From: a bacterium
GTDB taxonomy: Bacteria; UBA8248
Reading direction: 5' to 3'
Length of the DNA: 64,000 nt
NCBI GenBank assembly: GCA_965199855.1
Contig: OZ241326.1
Location: 2,979,535-3,043,534, forward strand
A program made the translations under genes and the position numbers. The notes below the pieces were generated by a model. That model was given only the letters and a program-made list of their open reading frames with translations, did not search any database and was not told where the DNA came from. Below are positions 10,010 through 19,660 of this stretch, piece after piece (position 1 is the first letter of the stretch; every line of letters starts with the position of its first letter).

Positions 10010-10441
10010 ATGACGAAACCCCTTGCATACGCGAAATGGGAGGAGCTCGCCGAGGGCGCGGAGCGCGAGCTGAGGGCGGGGCCCATCACCCGGACGGATC
10101 TCGTGCGCTACGCGGGGGCGAGCGGCGACTTCAACCCCAACCACCACGACGAGATATACGCCATCCGCGCCGGCTTCGAGAAGCCCTTCGCCCACGGAAT
10201 GCTCCAGGGCGGATACCTCGCCCGCCTGCTCGCCGAATGGCTGGGCCCCGACTCGCTCAGGAAATTCAGGCTCCGCTTCAGCGCGCAGGCGTGGCCGGGC
10301 GACCTGGTGATCTGCCGGGCCGTCGTCTCGCGCCGATACGAGGAGGCGGGCGCGCGCCTCGTGGAGATCGAGGCGCGCGCGGCGAACCAGCGCGGCGACG
10401 CGCTCATCGAGGCGACGGCCACCGCCGCGCCCCGCGGCTGA
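10010..10441 (+). CDS. MaoC-family (R)-hydratase subunit
   Basis: YAGASGDFNPNHHD...AGF...AHGM hydratase motif. Confidence 0.85.
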   Translation: MTKPLAYAKWEELAEGAERELRAGPITRTDLVRYAGASGDFNPNHHDEIYAIRAGFEKPFAHGMLQGGYLARLLAEWLGPDSLRKFRLRFSAQAWPGDLVICRAVVSRRYEEAGARLVEIEARAANQRGDALIEATATAAPRG

Positions 10442-10457
10442 CCCCGGGATTCCGCCC

Positions 10458-11654
10458 ATGCTGGAAGGCTACCGCGTCCTCGACCTCGGGCAGGTCATCG
10501 CCGGCGCCGTCGGCGGCATGATTCTCGCCGACATGGGCGCCGAGGTCATCAAGGTCGAATCCCCCCAGGGCGACATCGGGCGCAACCCCGCCATCGCCGG
10601 CATCGGCCCCGTCTCGAGCATCTTCCTCACCTTCAACCGGGGCAAGAAGAGCATCGTCATCGACCTGAAGGCGCCCGAGGGCAGGGAGGTATTCCTCTCC
10701 CTCGTGGAGAAGTCCGACGCCGTGATGGTGAACTTCCGGCCCGGAACCATGACGCGGCTGGGTCTCGGCTACGAGGCCATGCGGGAGAGAAACCCCGATA
10801 TCGTGTTCGTGGACTCGAGCGGCTACGGCGAGCGGGGCCCCTGGCGCGACAAGCCCGCCTTCGACCTGGTCGAGCAGGCCGTGAGCGGCCACATGTCCAT
10901 CACCGGCGAGCCGGGCCGCCCGCCCGCCAGGAACGGCTCCCCCACGGCGGACATCTCCACCGCCCTCTACGCGGCCATCGCCTGCATGGCGGGCCTTCTC
11001 GGAAAGGCGAAGGGCGGGGGCGGGACGCACCTGGAAGTCCCCATGTTCGACGTCCAGCTCGCCATGCTCGGCTACATCGCCACCATGTTCCTGAACAGCG
11101 GCGACGTGCCCGAGCCGCCCGGCAGCGCGCACGAATACATGGTTCCCTACCAGGCGTTTCCGACCGCCACCATCTACATCGTGCTCTCCCCGCGCGAGGA
11201 GCGCTTCTGGCGAAAGATGTGCGAGGTCATGGGCATCGGGGAGCTGGCGGACGACCCGCGCTTCCGCACGAACGACCTGCGCGCCGAGAACAGGGACGCC
11301 CTGCTCCCCGTCATGGAGGAGATTCTCATCCGCCGGCCGGGCGAGGAGTGGATCGCGCTCTTCGAGGCGGCGGGCGTGCCCGCCGCGCCGGTGAACCCGC
11401 TGGATCGCGCCCTCGACAACGAGCAGGTGCGCGCGCGCCGCCTCATCCGCGAATACGAATACCCGAAAATCGGAAGCGTGAAGGTGGTGGGCAACCCCAT
11501 TCTGAACCGCGCGGCGAACGGAAACCCCGACCCGGCGCCCGCTCCCCTCCTGGGGGGCGACGCCGAGGCCATCCTGCGCGGCGTTCTCGGCATGACGGAG
11601 GAGGGCGTCCGCGCCCTCCTCGCCGCAGGCGTCGTCCGCGCCGAAGCCTCCTGA
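10458..11654 (+). CDS. CoA transferase family III (CaiB/BaiF)
   Basis: LADMGAEVIKVE, NRGKKS, NFRPG, SGYGERGP, DPRFRTN. Confidence 0.9.
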   Translation: MLEGYRVLDLGQVIAGAVGGMILADMGAEVIKVESPQGDIGRNPAIAGIGPVSSIFLTFNRGKKSIVIDLKAPEGREVFLSLVEKSDAVMVNFRPGTMTRLGLGYEAMRERNPDIVFVDSSGYGERGPWRDKPAFDLVEQAVSGHMSITGEPGRPPARNGSPTADISTALYAAIACMAGLLGKAKGGGGTHLEVPMFDVQLAMLGYIATMFLNSGDVPEPPGSAHEYMVPYQAFPTATIYIVLSPREERFWRKMCEVMGIGELADDPRFRTNDLRAENRDALLPVMEEILIRRPGEEWIALFEAAGVPAAPVNPLDRALDNEQVRARRLIREYEYPKIGSVKVVGNPILNRAANGNPDPAPAPLLGGDAEAILRGVLGMTEEGVRALLAAGVVRAEAS

Positions 11655-11709
11655 GCCGCCGCAGACGCGGCGAAAAGCGCGCGGCGGGCGGAATCGCGCG
11701 CCTCGTCTC

Positions 11710-11883
11710 CTACGGGTAGTTCCGGCTCCCCGTCCGCTTGATGAGCTCCGTGAGCGCGACCATCGCCTCGTCGTGCTTTCGCATGGTCTCTTCGTGTTTG
11801 CGCTCCGATTCCGCCATGGCTTCGGCGTGCCGCTTCTCGGAAGCCGTCATCGCTTCGGCATGCCGCTTCTCGGAGGCCGTCAT
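11710..11883 (-). CDS. Small His/Met-rich repeat protein (57 aa; start uncertain)
   Basis: MTASEKRHAEA-MTASEKRHAEA-MAESERKHEET-MRKHDEAM; 33-nt tandem repeat with third-position differences; GGAG upstream. Confidence 0.45.
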   Translation of the reverse strand: MTASEKRHAEAMTASEKRHAEAMAESERKHEETMRKHDEAMVALTELIKRTGSRNYP

Positions 11884-12001
11884 CGCTCCTCTCCCCGCTT
11901 CGCCCCGATTCGGGCGCTCGCGCCGGCCCGTCCCGCGCATCATACGAAACCGGGGGCGCGGCGGCAACCTGCTCATTCATTGGAGGCGGTTCACGCGCCG
12001 C

Positions 12002-12062
12002 GGGGCGTCCCCGGGGAGGGCCCGCCCCTGCGGCGGGACAACCACAGGGGGTTGCCCCTGCG
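12002..12062 (-). repeat. Two tandem GTAG/GCAG-type REP-like hairpins
   Basis: Minus strand cGCAG-GGGCAACC-ccctgt-GGTTGtCC next to cGCAG-GGGCG...CGCCCC; resembles GTAG-family REP elements. Confidence 0.45.
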
Positions 12063-12259
12063 AAACCGATAGCGAGGGCAGGGGCTCACGGCTCCGGTCC
12101 GGCTCTCTCGCGCCTCGACAGCGTGAATTCAGCGAAAATTCCACCCGTCTCTCCCATAAATCGCCTCATTTTCCCGGTTCGGGGTTGATTTCGTTTTATT
12201 TTCGCAATACGATTTCGCATTATATTCACTACCCCGTCAACCAAAACAGGAGAGACGCC

Positions 12260-13795
12260 ATGCTCGCCAAAACCCAGGCGGCCGCCGTCCTCGGCGTGGA
12301 CGCCTACCCCGTCGAAGTGGAGGTGGACCTCGCCTCCGGCCTGCCGCACTACTCCACCGTCGGCCTGCCCGACGCCGCCGTGAAGGAGAGCAAGGAGCGC
12401 ATTCGCGCCGCCATCGTCAACACGGGCTTCATCTACCCGATGGGGCGCATCACCGTGAGCCTCTCGCCCGCGGACGTCCGCAAGGAGGGCAGCGCCTTCG
12501 ACCTGCCCATCGCGCTCTCGCTCCTGCGCGCGAACGGGGTGTTTCACGCGCGCTCGCAGATGGAGGACGCCATGATGTTCCTGGGCGAACTCGCCCTGGA
12601 CGGCTCCCTGCGGCCCGTGCGCGGCGCGCTGAACGTAGCCGTCCTCGCCCGGAAGATGGGCAAGCGCGGGGTCGTCCTCCCGGCGGAGAACGCGCCCGAG
12701 GCCGCCGTCGTCGAGGAGCTCGAGGTCTATCCCGTCCACACGCTCCCCCAGGTGGTGGGCTTCATCCGCGAGGAGATCGACATTCCGGCGGCGAGGCGCG
12801 GCGAGGCGAACGGCGCGGAGAAGCGGGAGGGCGCGGCGGTCGATTTTCTGGACATACGGGGCCAGCGCCAGGCCAAGCGCGCCGTGGAAGTGGCGGCGGC
12901 CGGCTCGCACAACCTGCTGATGATCGGCCCGCCCGGCAGCGGCAAGAGCATGCTGGCCAAGCGGTTCCCCACCATCCTGCCGCCCCTCTCGCTGGACGAG
13001 GCCATCGAGACCAGCCAGGTGTGGAGCGTGCTGGGCAAGCTCACGAAGCGCGACTCCCTCATCCGGGAGCGCCCCTTCCGCGCCCCGCACCACACCATCA
13101 GCGACGCGGGGCTGGTGGGCGGGGGCGCGCTGCCGCTCCCCGGCGAGGCCTCGCTCGCCCACAACGGCGTGCTGTTTCTGGACGAGCTGCCCGAATTCAG
13201 GAAGAACGTGCTCGAATCGCTCCGCGGCCCGCTCGAGGACGGGCGCATCACCATCAGCCGGGCGCAGGCGAGCCTCTCGTTTCCGGCGCGCTTCATGCTC
13301 GCCGCCGCCATGAACCCCTGCAACTGCGGCCTGCTCGGAGACGGCGCCTGCTCCTGCACTCTCCCGCAGGTGGCGAAATATCGCTCGCGCGTCTCGGGGC
13401 CGATTCTGGATCGCATCGACATCCACGTCCCCGTGCCGAGGGTTCCCTGGAAGGAGCTCGCCGAGGACCCCGAGGGCGAGCGCTCGGAGGCGATCCGCGA
13501 GCGCGTCCTCAGGGCACAGGCGATTCAGAAGGAGCGGCTGGGCGGCCACCCCGGCATCTACGCCAACGCCCACATGGGGCCCGCCCTCATCAACGAGCAC
13601 TGCGCGATCGAGGCCGAGGGGATGCGCCTGCTCAAGATGGCGGTGGAGAAGCTGGGGCTTTCGGCGCGCGCCTACCACCGCGTGCTGAAGGTGGCGCGCA
13701 CCATCGCGGATCTGGCCGGCGAGAGCGCCATCGCCCCCCAGCACGTGGCGGAGGCGGTGCAGTATCGCCAGCTGGACAGGCGGCTGCCCGCGTGA
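12260..13795 (+). CDS. comM: YifB/ComM Mg-chelatase-like AAA+ ATPase
   Basis: ATG 12260 after AGGAG; VGLPDAAVKESKER, FDLPIA, GPPGSGKSM, PFRAPHHT, LAHNGVLFLDE, LSARAYHR. Confidence 0.92.
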   Translation: MLAKTQAAAVLGVDAYPVEVEVDLASGLPHYSTVGLPDAAVKESKERIRAAIVNTGFIYPMGRITVSLSPADVRKEGSAFDLPIALSLLRANGVFHARSQMEDAMMFLGELALDGSLRPVRGALNVAVLARKMGKRGVVLPAENAPEAAVVEELEVYPVHTLPQVVGFIREEIDIPAARRGEANGAEKREGAAVDFLDIRGQRQAKRAVEVAAAGSHNLLMIGPPGSGKSMLAKRFPTILPPLSLDEAIETSQVWSVLGKLTKRDSLIRERPFRAPHHTISDAGLVGGGALPLPGEASLAHNGVLFLDELPEFRKNVLESLRGPLEDGRITISRAQASLSFPARFMLAAAMNPCNCGLLGDGACSCTLPQVAKYRSRVSGPILDRIDIHVPVPRVPWKELAEDPEGERSEAIRERVLRAQAIQKERLGGHPGIYANAHMGPALINEHCAIEAEGMRLLKMAVEKLGLSARAYHRVLKVARTIADLAGESAIAPQHVAEAVQYRQLDRRLPA

Positions 13796-14099
13796 CGCCG
13801 CCGCGGGCACTCGTTCTTCCGGCCCTCCTCCCGCGCACGGGAGAAAACGGCGGGGAGCGTTGGTGAAATCTCATGAATCATTGACCGGGCGAGCGGCCCG
13901 TGACATATTGCGGCGAGCGAGGGAGGGGAAAACCTCACCCGGGAATGCGTATTTATCGCTTGGGAACGGTAAAATGGCTTTGCGAGGATGCCCGGGGATG
14001 CTATCTTGTCCGCAATTCTCGAAGCAAGTTGCGCTATCAAGTCCGGGCAAGCCGCGCTCGGTTTTATCAGCATCTCTCCGCCCTGCAAGGAGTTGAAAA

Positions 14100-14921
14100 A
14101 TGCCGTTCCCCAGCATTGTTCAACCCGTTCAGGGAAATTTCGAGGAAATGACGCCCGGACTGCCGGACAGTGATCGCTCGCCCCTTCGGTATCCCGGCGG
14201 GAAGTCCCGCGCCGTGAATACGATACGCAAATACATTCCGCCGGACGCGAAGCAGATGGCCTCCCCGTTTTTGGGCGGGGCGAGCGTGGAGCTCGCCTGC
14301 GCGGCGGACGGAATCGAGGTTCACGGCGCGGACGCCTTCGCGCCCCTCGTCAATTTCTGGAAGCACGCGAAGGAGCAACCCATCCTGCTCTCAGAAATGG
14401 CGAGGGCGAGGAAATACTACCCGCTCACCCGGACGAAGTTCTACAATCTGCAAAAGGGCTTTCAGACGATGGAGGACGGCGCGGAAAAGGCGGTGGTGTT
14501 CTTCGTCCTCAACCGATCTTCCTTCTCCGGCACGACGCTCTCCGGCGGGATGTCTCCCGACCATCCGCGCTTCACGCAAAGCGCGATAGACCGCCTGCGA
14601 GACTTCCGGGCAAGGAACCTCTCGGTTGAATGCGCCGACTGGAAGGAGACGCTGGAAAAGCACGGCGACAAATTGCTCTACCTCGACCCGCCCTACGCCA
14701 ACGGCGAGAAACTCTATGGAAGCAAGGGGGATATGCACGAGGGCTTTGACCATGAAGAGCTCGCCGCCCGTCTCCTCGAGAGAAGCGGCTGGATTCTGAG
14801 CTACAACGATTGCGAGAGAGTCCGCAAATTGTATGAGGGCTGCGACATTCTCGCGCCCGAATGGGGCTACGGCATGTCGAACGGGAAGCAATCGAGGGAA
14901 TTGCTGATCGTGAACGTCTAG
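14100..14921 (+). CDS. DNA adenine methyltransferase, Dam/D12 class (start 14100 or 14148)
   Basis: SPLRYPGGKS, SPFLGGASV, LNRSSFSG, YLDPPY, WILSYND, ELLI; lower GC than flanks. Confidence 0.88.
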   Translation: MPFPSIVQPVQGNFEEMTPGLPDSDRSPLRYPGGKSRAVNTIRKYIPPDAKQMASPFLGGASVELACAADGIEVHGADAFAPLVNFWKHAKEQPILLSEMARARKYYPLTRTKFYNLQKGFQTMEDGAEKAVVFFVLNRSSFSGTTLSGGMSPDHPRFTQSAIDRLRDFRARNLSVECADWKETLEKHGDKLLYLDPPYANGEKLYGSKGDMHEGFDHEELAARLLERSGWILSYNDCERVRKLYEGCDILAPEWGYGMSNGKQSRELLIVNV

Positions 14922-14922
14922 C

Positions 14923-15810
14923 ATGGCCCGCATCACGCAGACCGAGAGCGGCAAGGCTTGGGAATACGGCCTCGCTCGCCAGCTGGCGGATATGCTCAAC
15001 CGCAGGGCGACTCTTATATTCGACGCCCCGCGCCTGAAGTCTCAAAACGCATACAATCTTCTCTCTTGCCGTGAACGGCGGAAGATAGACCACGCCGCGA
15101 ACGAGGCCGCCGTATTCCTTCGGGCGCATGATGCGAGACTCCTGAAAACACGGCGCGTGATCATCCAGAGCGATATGATGGGCATAGACGGAGATGTTCG
15201 GGATATCGTCATAGAAACGGACGATGAGGCCGTGGGCGTCTCGGCGAAGCATCGGCACAACGCGCTCAAACACTCCCGCCTGTCGGACTCCATCGATTTC
15301 GGCGACGGATGGTATGGGGTTTCATGCTCGCCCCGATATTGGAAAAAGGTCGTTCCCATCTTTGGCGATTTGCGAAGGCGAGCGGGGCAAGTGTGGAGCT
15401 CCTTGCCGAACAAAAAGGACGATTACTATCTGCCCGTTCTCCATGCGTTCATGGAGGAAGTGCGGGAAAACGCCGACCCCGGGAAGCTGATGAGATACCT
15501 GCTGGGCAGACATGACTTCTACAAGATCATCAAGGAAAACGGGAACGTGTCGCTTCAATCCTTCAACATTGACGGGACGCTCGAATGGGGAAGCAAGATC
15601 GGACTGCCGGACGCCGTTATTCAGTTCGGCATGAAGCCGCGCTCAAAGACAACGGCGATACTCCACCTGAGCCGCGGCTGGCAGGTATCCTTCCGCATTC
15701 ACAGCGCGGAATCCAAAATCATCCCTTCGCTCAAATTCGATATCCGACTGGAAGGAAGCCCCGAGACGCTTTCAAGGCATGAAATACCCTATGGCCGACA
15801 TTCGATATGA
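14923..15810 (+). CDS. HaeIII-family type II restriction endonuclease
   Basis: GKAWEY, GDVRDI..GVSAKH.H.ALKHSRLS..IDFG..W.G..CS..YW, YLLG..DFYK, GWQVSFRIH.A...PSLKFDI.L.G. Confidence 0.78.
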   Translation: MARITQTESGKAWEYGLARQLADMLNRRATLIFDAPRLKSQNAYNLLSCRERRKIDHAANEAAVFLRAHDARLLKTRRVIIQSDMMGIDGDVRDIVIETDDEAVGVSAKHRHNALKHSRLSDSIDFGDGWYGVSCSPRYWKKVVPIFGDLRRRAGQVWSSLPNKKDDYYLPVLHAFMEEVRENADPGKLMRYLLGRHDFYKIIKENGNVSLQSFNIDGTLEWGSKIGLPDAVIQFGMKPRSKTTAILHLSRGWQVSFRIHSAESKIIPSLKFDIRLEGSPETLSRHEIPYGRHSI

Positions 15811-15830
15811 TTCCCTTCGCCGGAATGACG
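15809..15830 (-). repeat. Shortened CGTC-type REP-like element at the endonuclease stop codon
   Basis: Minus strand CGTCATTCCGGCGAAGGGAATC, similar to 2022-2050. Confidence 0.45.
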
Positions 15831-16088
15831 GCGAAAGCGCCCTCGAAAACGATTCCGCCGGACAAAAGGGCGTGACTTTCTGAAAAATCTCCCCTCCCCC
15901 TGAAAACCGGGCGTGAGGCGCTCCTTCCCTTCCGGGCCAAGCGCCTCCCGAAAGCCCCCGCGCTCCGCCGGGATTTGACGCGCGCCGCGCCTCCCCTGTA
16001 TCTTGGCGGACCGAGCGGGGCGAACGCGCGCGCGGCCGCTTTCGGGCCATGCCGGGGCGCGCCCCTCCCGACAGCGAGGATCCCGGAC

Positions 16089-17204
16089 ATGGGGACGGAA
16101 TACGCCTGGTTCCTGCCCTCGGCGCGGGCGGGAGACGGGCGCAGAATCAACGCGAAGACGCCCGAGCGCAAGCCCACCATCGAATACCTCTCCCGCGTGG
16201 CGCGCGCCGCCGAGGACGCGGGCTTCGTGAACCTGCTCGTGCCCACGGGCACCCACTGCATGGACGCCTGGCTGGTGGCGGCGGGGGTGGCGCAGCACAC
16301 CGAGCGCATCAAGTTCTGCGTGGCGCTGCGGCCGGGCCTCGCCAGCCCGGTGTTCGCCGCCCAGACGGCGAGCACGCTCGACGCCCTCACCGGCGGGCGC
16401 CTCACCCTCAACGTCGTCACCGGATCGAGCAGAGCGGAGCAGATGCGCTACGGGGATCACCTCGCCCACGACGAGCGCTACGACAGGACGGAGGAGTTCC
16501 TCGACATCGTCACCCGGATATGGAGCGGCGGCGGCCCCCTCACCTACGAGGGGAGGCATTTCGACGTTCGGGAGGCGGCCTTCTTCCCGATTCGCCTCTC
16601 GAAGCCCTGGCCGCCCATCTACCTCGGCGGAAGCTCGGAGGCGGGCCGCCGCGTGGGGGCGAAATACTCCGACGTGCACATGATGTACGCCGTGGACGTG
16701 GAGACCATCGCCGCCGACGCGCGCGACATGAAGCGGCGCGCCGCCGCGCACGGCCGGGAGGAGAAGATAAAATTCGGGGTGCGGATGCACGTCGTCTGCC
16801 GCGAGAGCCGGCGGGAGGCGAGGCGGGCGGCGCAGGCGCTCATCGAGGGAAGCGACCTCTCGAACGTGCAGGCGTGGGCCGACATGAAGACGCGGACGGA
16901 GAGCGCGGGCCAGACGCGCGTCAACGAGCTGGCGAAGGGCGAATCCCTCTGGGTCACCGACACCCTGTGGATGGGCGTGAACACCGTCCGCGCGGGGGCG
17001 GGCGCCTCGCTGGTGGGCACGCCGGAGATGATCGCCCGCGCGCTCAGGGAATACGTGGAGGCGGGCGTCGAGACCTTCATCCTCTCCGGCTGGCCGCACG
17101 TGGAGGAGGCGGAGATATTCGGGCGCGAGGTCATGCCCCTGCTGGGGGACACGGAGCCGCAGGCACTCTCGCCGCCCCTGCCCGCGCTCGCCGAATACGA
17201 CTGA
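16089..17204 (+). CDS. LLM-class flavin-dependent monooxygenase (SsuD/MsuD-like)
   Basis: WFLPS..GDG, AEDAGF..LLVPTG..C.DAW, ALRPG, GRLTLNVVTG, HDERY, YLGGSS, LVGTPE, FILSGWPH. Confidence 0.85.
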   Translation: MGTEYAWFLPSARAGDGRRINAKTPERKPTIEYLSRVARAAEDAGFVNLLVPTGTHCMDAWLVAAGVAQHTERIKFCVALRPGLASPVFAAQTASTLDALTGGRLTLNVVTGSSRAEQMRYGDHLAHDERYDRTEEFLDIVTRIWSGGGPLTYEGRHFDVREAAFFPIRLSKPWPPIYLGGSSEAGRRVGAKYSDVHMMYAVDVETIAADARDMKRRAAAHGREEKIKFGVRMHVVCRESRREARRAAQALIEGSDLSNVQAWADMKTRTESAGQTRVNELAKGESLWVTDTLWMGVNTVRAGAGASLVGTPEMIARALREYVEAGVETFILSGWPHVEEAEIFGREVMPLLGDTEPQALSPPLPALAEYD

Positions 17205-17247
17205 CGCGCGGGGAAGCCGGCGCGGCGGCGAAGAAGGAGAACTCTCG

Positions 17248-18426
17248 ATGAACCCGACGAACGCCGCCCCCTGCCCCGATTCGCGGAAGTGGATCGACCT
17301 CGCCGACGCCCTGGCCCGGGAGAAGTTCGCCCCGCGCGCGAAGACGATCGACGAGGAGGCGCGCTTTCCCGCCGAGAATTATGAAGACCTCGCCGACGCC
17401 GGCCTGCTCGCCCTCATGGTGCCCAGGGAGTTCGGCGGCATCGGGGCGGACTCGCTCACCTACGTCACCGTCCTCTCGAAGATCGCCAGGGGGTGCGCCT
17501 CCACCGGCCTCACCTTCAACATGCACAGCGCGGTCGTGGATTTTCTGGGGCAGATCGCCTCGAAGGAGCAGATGGCGCGCTACTTCTCCGAGGTGGTGAA
17601 CGAGGGGGCCGTCTTCGCCTCCATCACGAGCGAGCCGGGCAGCTCCTTCCGCGACAAGCTGGCGGTGCGCACCTCCATCCGCGAGGAGAACGGCGGCTAC
17701 CGCCTGCGCGGCAAGAAGCACTTCTGCTCGCTTTCCACCGGCGCGAGCTACTACTTCACCTGGAGCTACCTCGACGGGGCGGAGACCCTCCAAGAGGGGC
17801 TGCTGAACGTGATGATTCCCGCGAAGCGCGAGAACATCGAGGTCATCGACGACTGGCACGTCATCGGGATGCGCGGAACCGCCTCGAACTCCCTCATGTT
17901 CCACGACGTGGAGGTGCGGCCGGAGGAGGTCATCGGGGCGCCGGGCAGCATTCTGGGCAAGGACATGAGCATGTGGTCGCTGGGCTACACGGCGGTCTAT
18001 ATCGGCATCGCGGAGGCGGCCTATCAGTTCACGGCGGACTACGCGAAGAAGGCGAAATCGGGCCTGGGCGTCCCGCTCGGGGAGCTCGACAGAACCCAGC
18101 GCCAGATCGGCGAGATGGCCATGCTGCTCGAAAACGCCCGGCGCGCGGCGGAGAAGCTGGGCGCGCTTCGCGGCAACCTCGGGAAGATGGAGCTCACCTT
18201 CATCCTCAACCAGGCGAAATATCTGGCGACCGAGGCGGCGAAGGAGCTCGCCGAGCAGGGCATCCGCCTGTGCGGGGGACGCGGGCTTCACCGCGCCCTG
18301 CCGCTCGAGCGGCACCTGCGGGACGCGGTGGCCGGCCTCGTCATGCCGCCCGCCAACGACAGGTGCCTCGAAACCATCGGGCAAATCGCCCTGGGCCGCG
18401 AGGCGAAGACGCTCGATTTTCAGTAG
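17248..18426 (+). CDS. Acyl-CoA dehydrogenase-like flavoprotein (possibly SfnB/DszC-like)
   Basis: VPREFGG, STGLTFNMH, GKKHFCS, DWHVIGMRGTAS, LERHLRD. Confidence 0.8.
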   Translation: MNPTNAAPCPDSRKWIDLADALAREKFAPRAKTIDEEARFPAENYEDLADAGLLALMVPREFGGIGADSLTYVTVLSKIARGCASTGLTFNMHSAVVDFLGQIASKEQMARYFSEVVNEGAVFASITSEPGSSFRDKLAVRTSIREENGGYRLRGKKHFCSLSTGASYYFTWSYLDGAETLQEGLLNVMIPAKRENIEVIDDWHVIGMRGTASNSLMFHDVEVRPEEVIGAPGSILGKDMSMWSLGYTAVYIGIAEAAYQFTADYAKKAKSGLGVPLGELDRTQRQIGEMAMLLENARRAAEKLGALRGNLGKMELTFILNQAKYLATEAAKELAEQGIRLCGGRGLHRALPLERHLRDAVAGLVMPPANDRCLETIGQIALGREAKTLDFQ

Positions 18427-18665
18427 TTCCCCACGCGCGGAAATCATCCGCCGGGCGCGCCGGCGGCTCTTCTCCGCCCGCGTCCTCATCCCGCCGCTCC
18501 TCCATGAAGGCGTCGGCCGGGCAGGCTTCCCCCCTAGCGGCGCGCGCGAAATCCCGCGGGGCGCGCCCTCTCCCCCGTTCGTTCCGATCGGGGTTCTTTC
18601 CATTCATCGCCGTTTTTGGTAGTTTTTGACGGGTTGACGCCTTCACGAACGCCGGACTCCGAGCC

Positions 18666-19625
18666 ATGAGAGACCGACGGCCAGCCGAGAAGAAGCCCGC
18701 CCTCGCCGGCCCGGCCGCCGGAGAAAAGCGCGCCCGGCGGGGGAGGAGGGGCCGAAGGGGGGGCTTCATCTCCTCCTTCGCCGGCCTCATCAGGAAATTC
18801 CTCCTCTTCCTCGCCCTGGGTCTCGCCCTGCTCGCCGCCGTCGAGGGAGCGCATTTCTGGTGGCGGAGCCTCGGCCGCTACGTCTCGACGGACAACGCTT
18901 ACGTCCGCAGCCCGCTCACGCCCGTGAGCGCGGAGATTCCGGGCGTGGTGAAAAGGATGCTCGTCAGGGACAGCCAGGCGGTGCGCGAGGGCGACCTGCT
19001 CGTCGTCCTCGACAAGCGGCGCCTCCAGGCGGCGCTCGAGAAGGCCAAGGCCGCCGTGGCCGTCGCCCGCGCGAGACGCGCGAAGAGCCGCGGCGCCGCC
19101 TCCCTCAAGGCGGAGCTCGAGGCCGCGCTCGCCGACTACCGGGAGAAGGAGCTGCTCCTCTCCTACGCGGAGATTCGCGCGCCCGCCGCAGGCTACGTGG
19201 AGAAGTCCGTCGAACCGGGAACCTACGCCCGACCCGGGCGCCCCCTGCTCGTCATCGTCCAGCTCCACAAGTCCTACATCCGGGCGAACTTCAAGGAGGC
19301 GAAGCTGGAGGGCATTCACGTGGGGCAGCCCGCGAAGGTCGTCCTGGACGCCTACCCGGGCCGGTCGTTCCGGGGCCGCGTCGAGAGCCTCTATTCCGGC
19401 GCCGGGGAGACCCTCGCCCCGCTGCCGCCCGAGAACGCCACCGGCGACCGGGTGAAGGCCACCCGCCGCATCCCCGTGAAGATACGCCTGGGCGAGGCGC
19501 CTCCGGCGAACTTCCCGCTTCTCGCGGGCATGTCCGCCTACGTGACCGTGGACACCCGCATCCGGCGCGGGCCGCGCCTGCCGGCGCGTCCGGGGAGCGA
19601 GAAGCCTCCGGCCCGCGGCCCTTGA
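18666..19625 (+). CDS. HlyD/EmrA-family membrane fusion protein with a short helical hairpin
   Basis: N-terminal TM, VSTDNAYV, IRAPAAG, ANFKE, G.VESL..GAG...PLPPENATG..VK.TRRIPVKI. Confidence 0.8.
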   Translation: MRDRRPAEKKPALAGPAAGEKRARRGRRGRRGGFISSFAGLIRKFLLFLALGLALLAAVEGAHFWWRSLGRYVSTDNAYVRSPLTPVSAEIPGVVKRMLVRDSQAVREGDLLVVLDKRRLQAALEKAKAAVAVARARRAKSRGAASLKAELEAALADYREKELLLSYAEIRAPAAGYVEKSVEPGTYARPGRPLLVIVQLHKSYIRANFKEAKLEGIHVGQPAKVVLDAYPGRSFRGRVESLYSGAGETLAPLPPENATGDRVKATRRIPVKIRLGEAPPANFPLLAGMSAYVTVDTRIRRGPRLPARPGSEKPPARGP

Positions 19626-19660
19626 GCGGGAAAGCGGCCGCGCCCATCCCCCGGGGCGGG

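Noticed and set aside
7112-10459. 1115-aa minus-strand ORF, and similar long ORFs at 3086-5086, 29440-32007, 35032-38247 and 60102-62339
   Set aside because: Antisense shadows of well-supported genes in very high-GC DNA; no recognisable motifs
13860-14099. Short ORFs upstream of the MTase as a possible controller (C) protein
   Set aside because: No HTH-like sequence in any listed frame; more likely a promoter region (TTGACC-17-CATATT at about 13881-13909)
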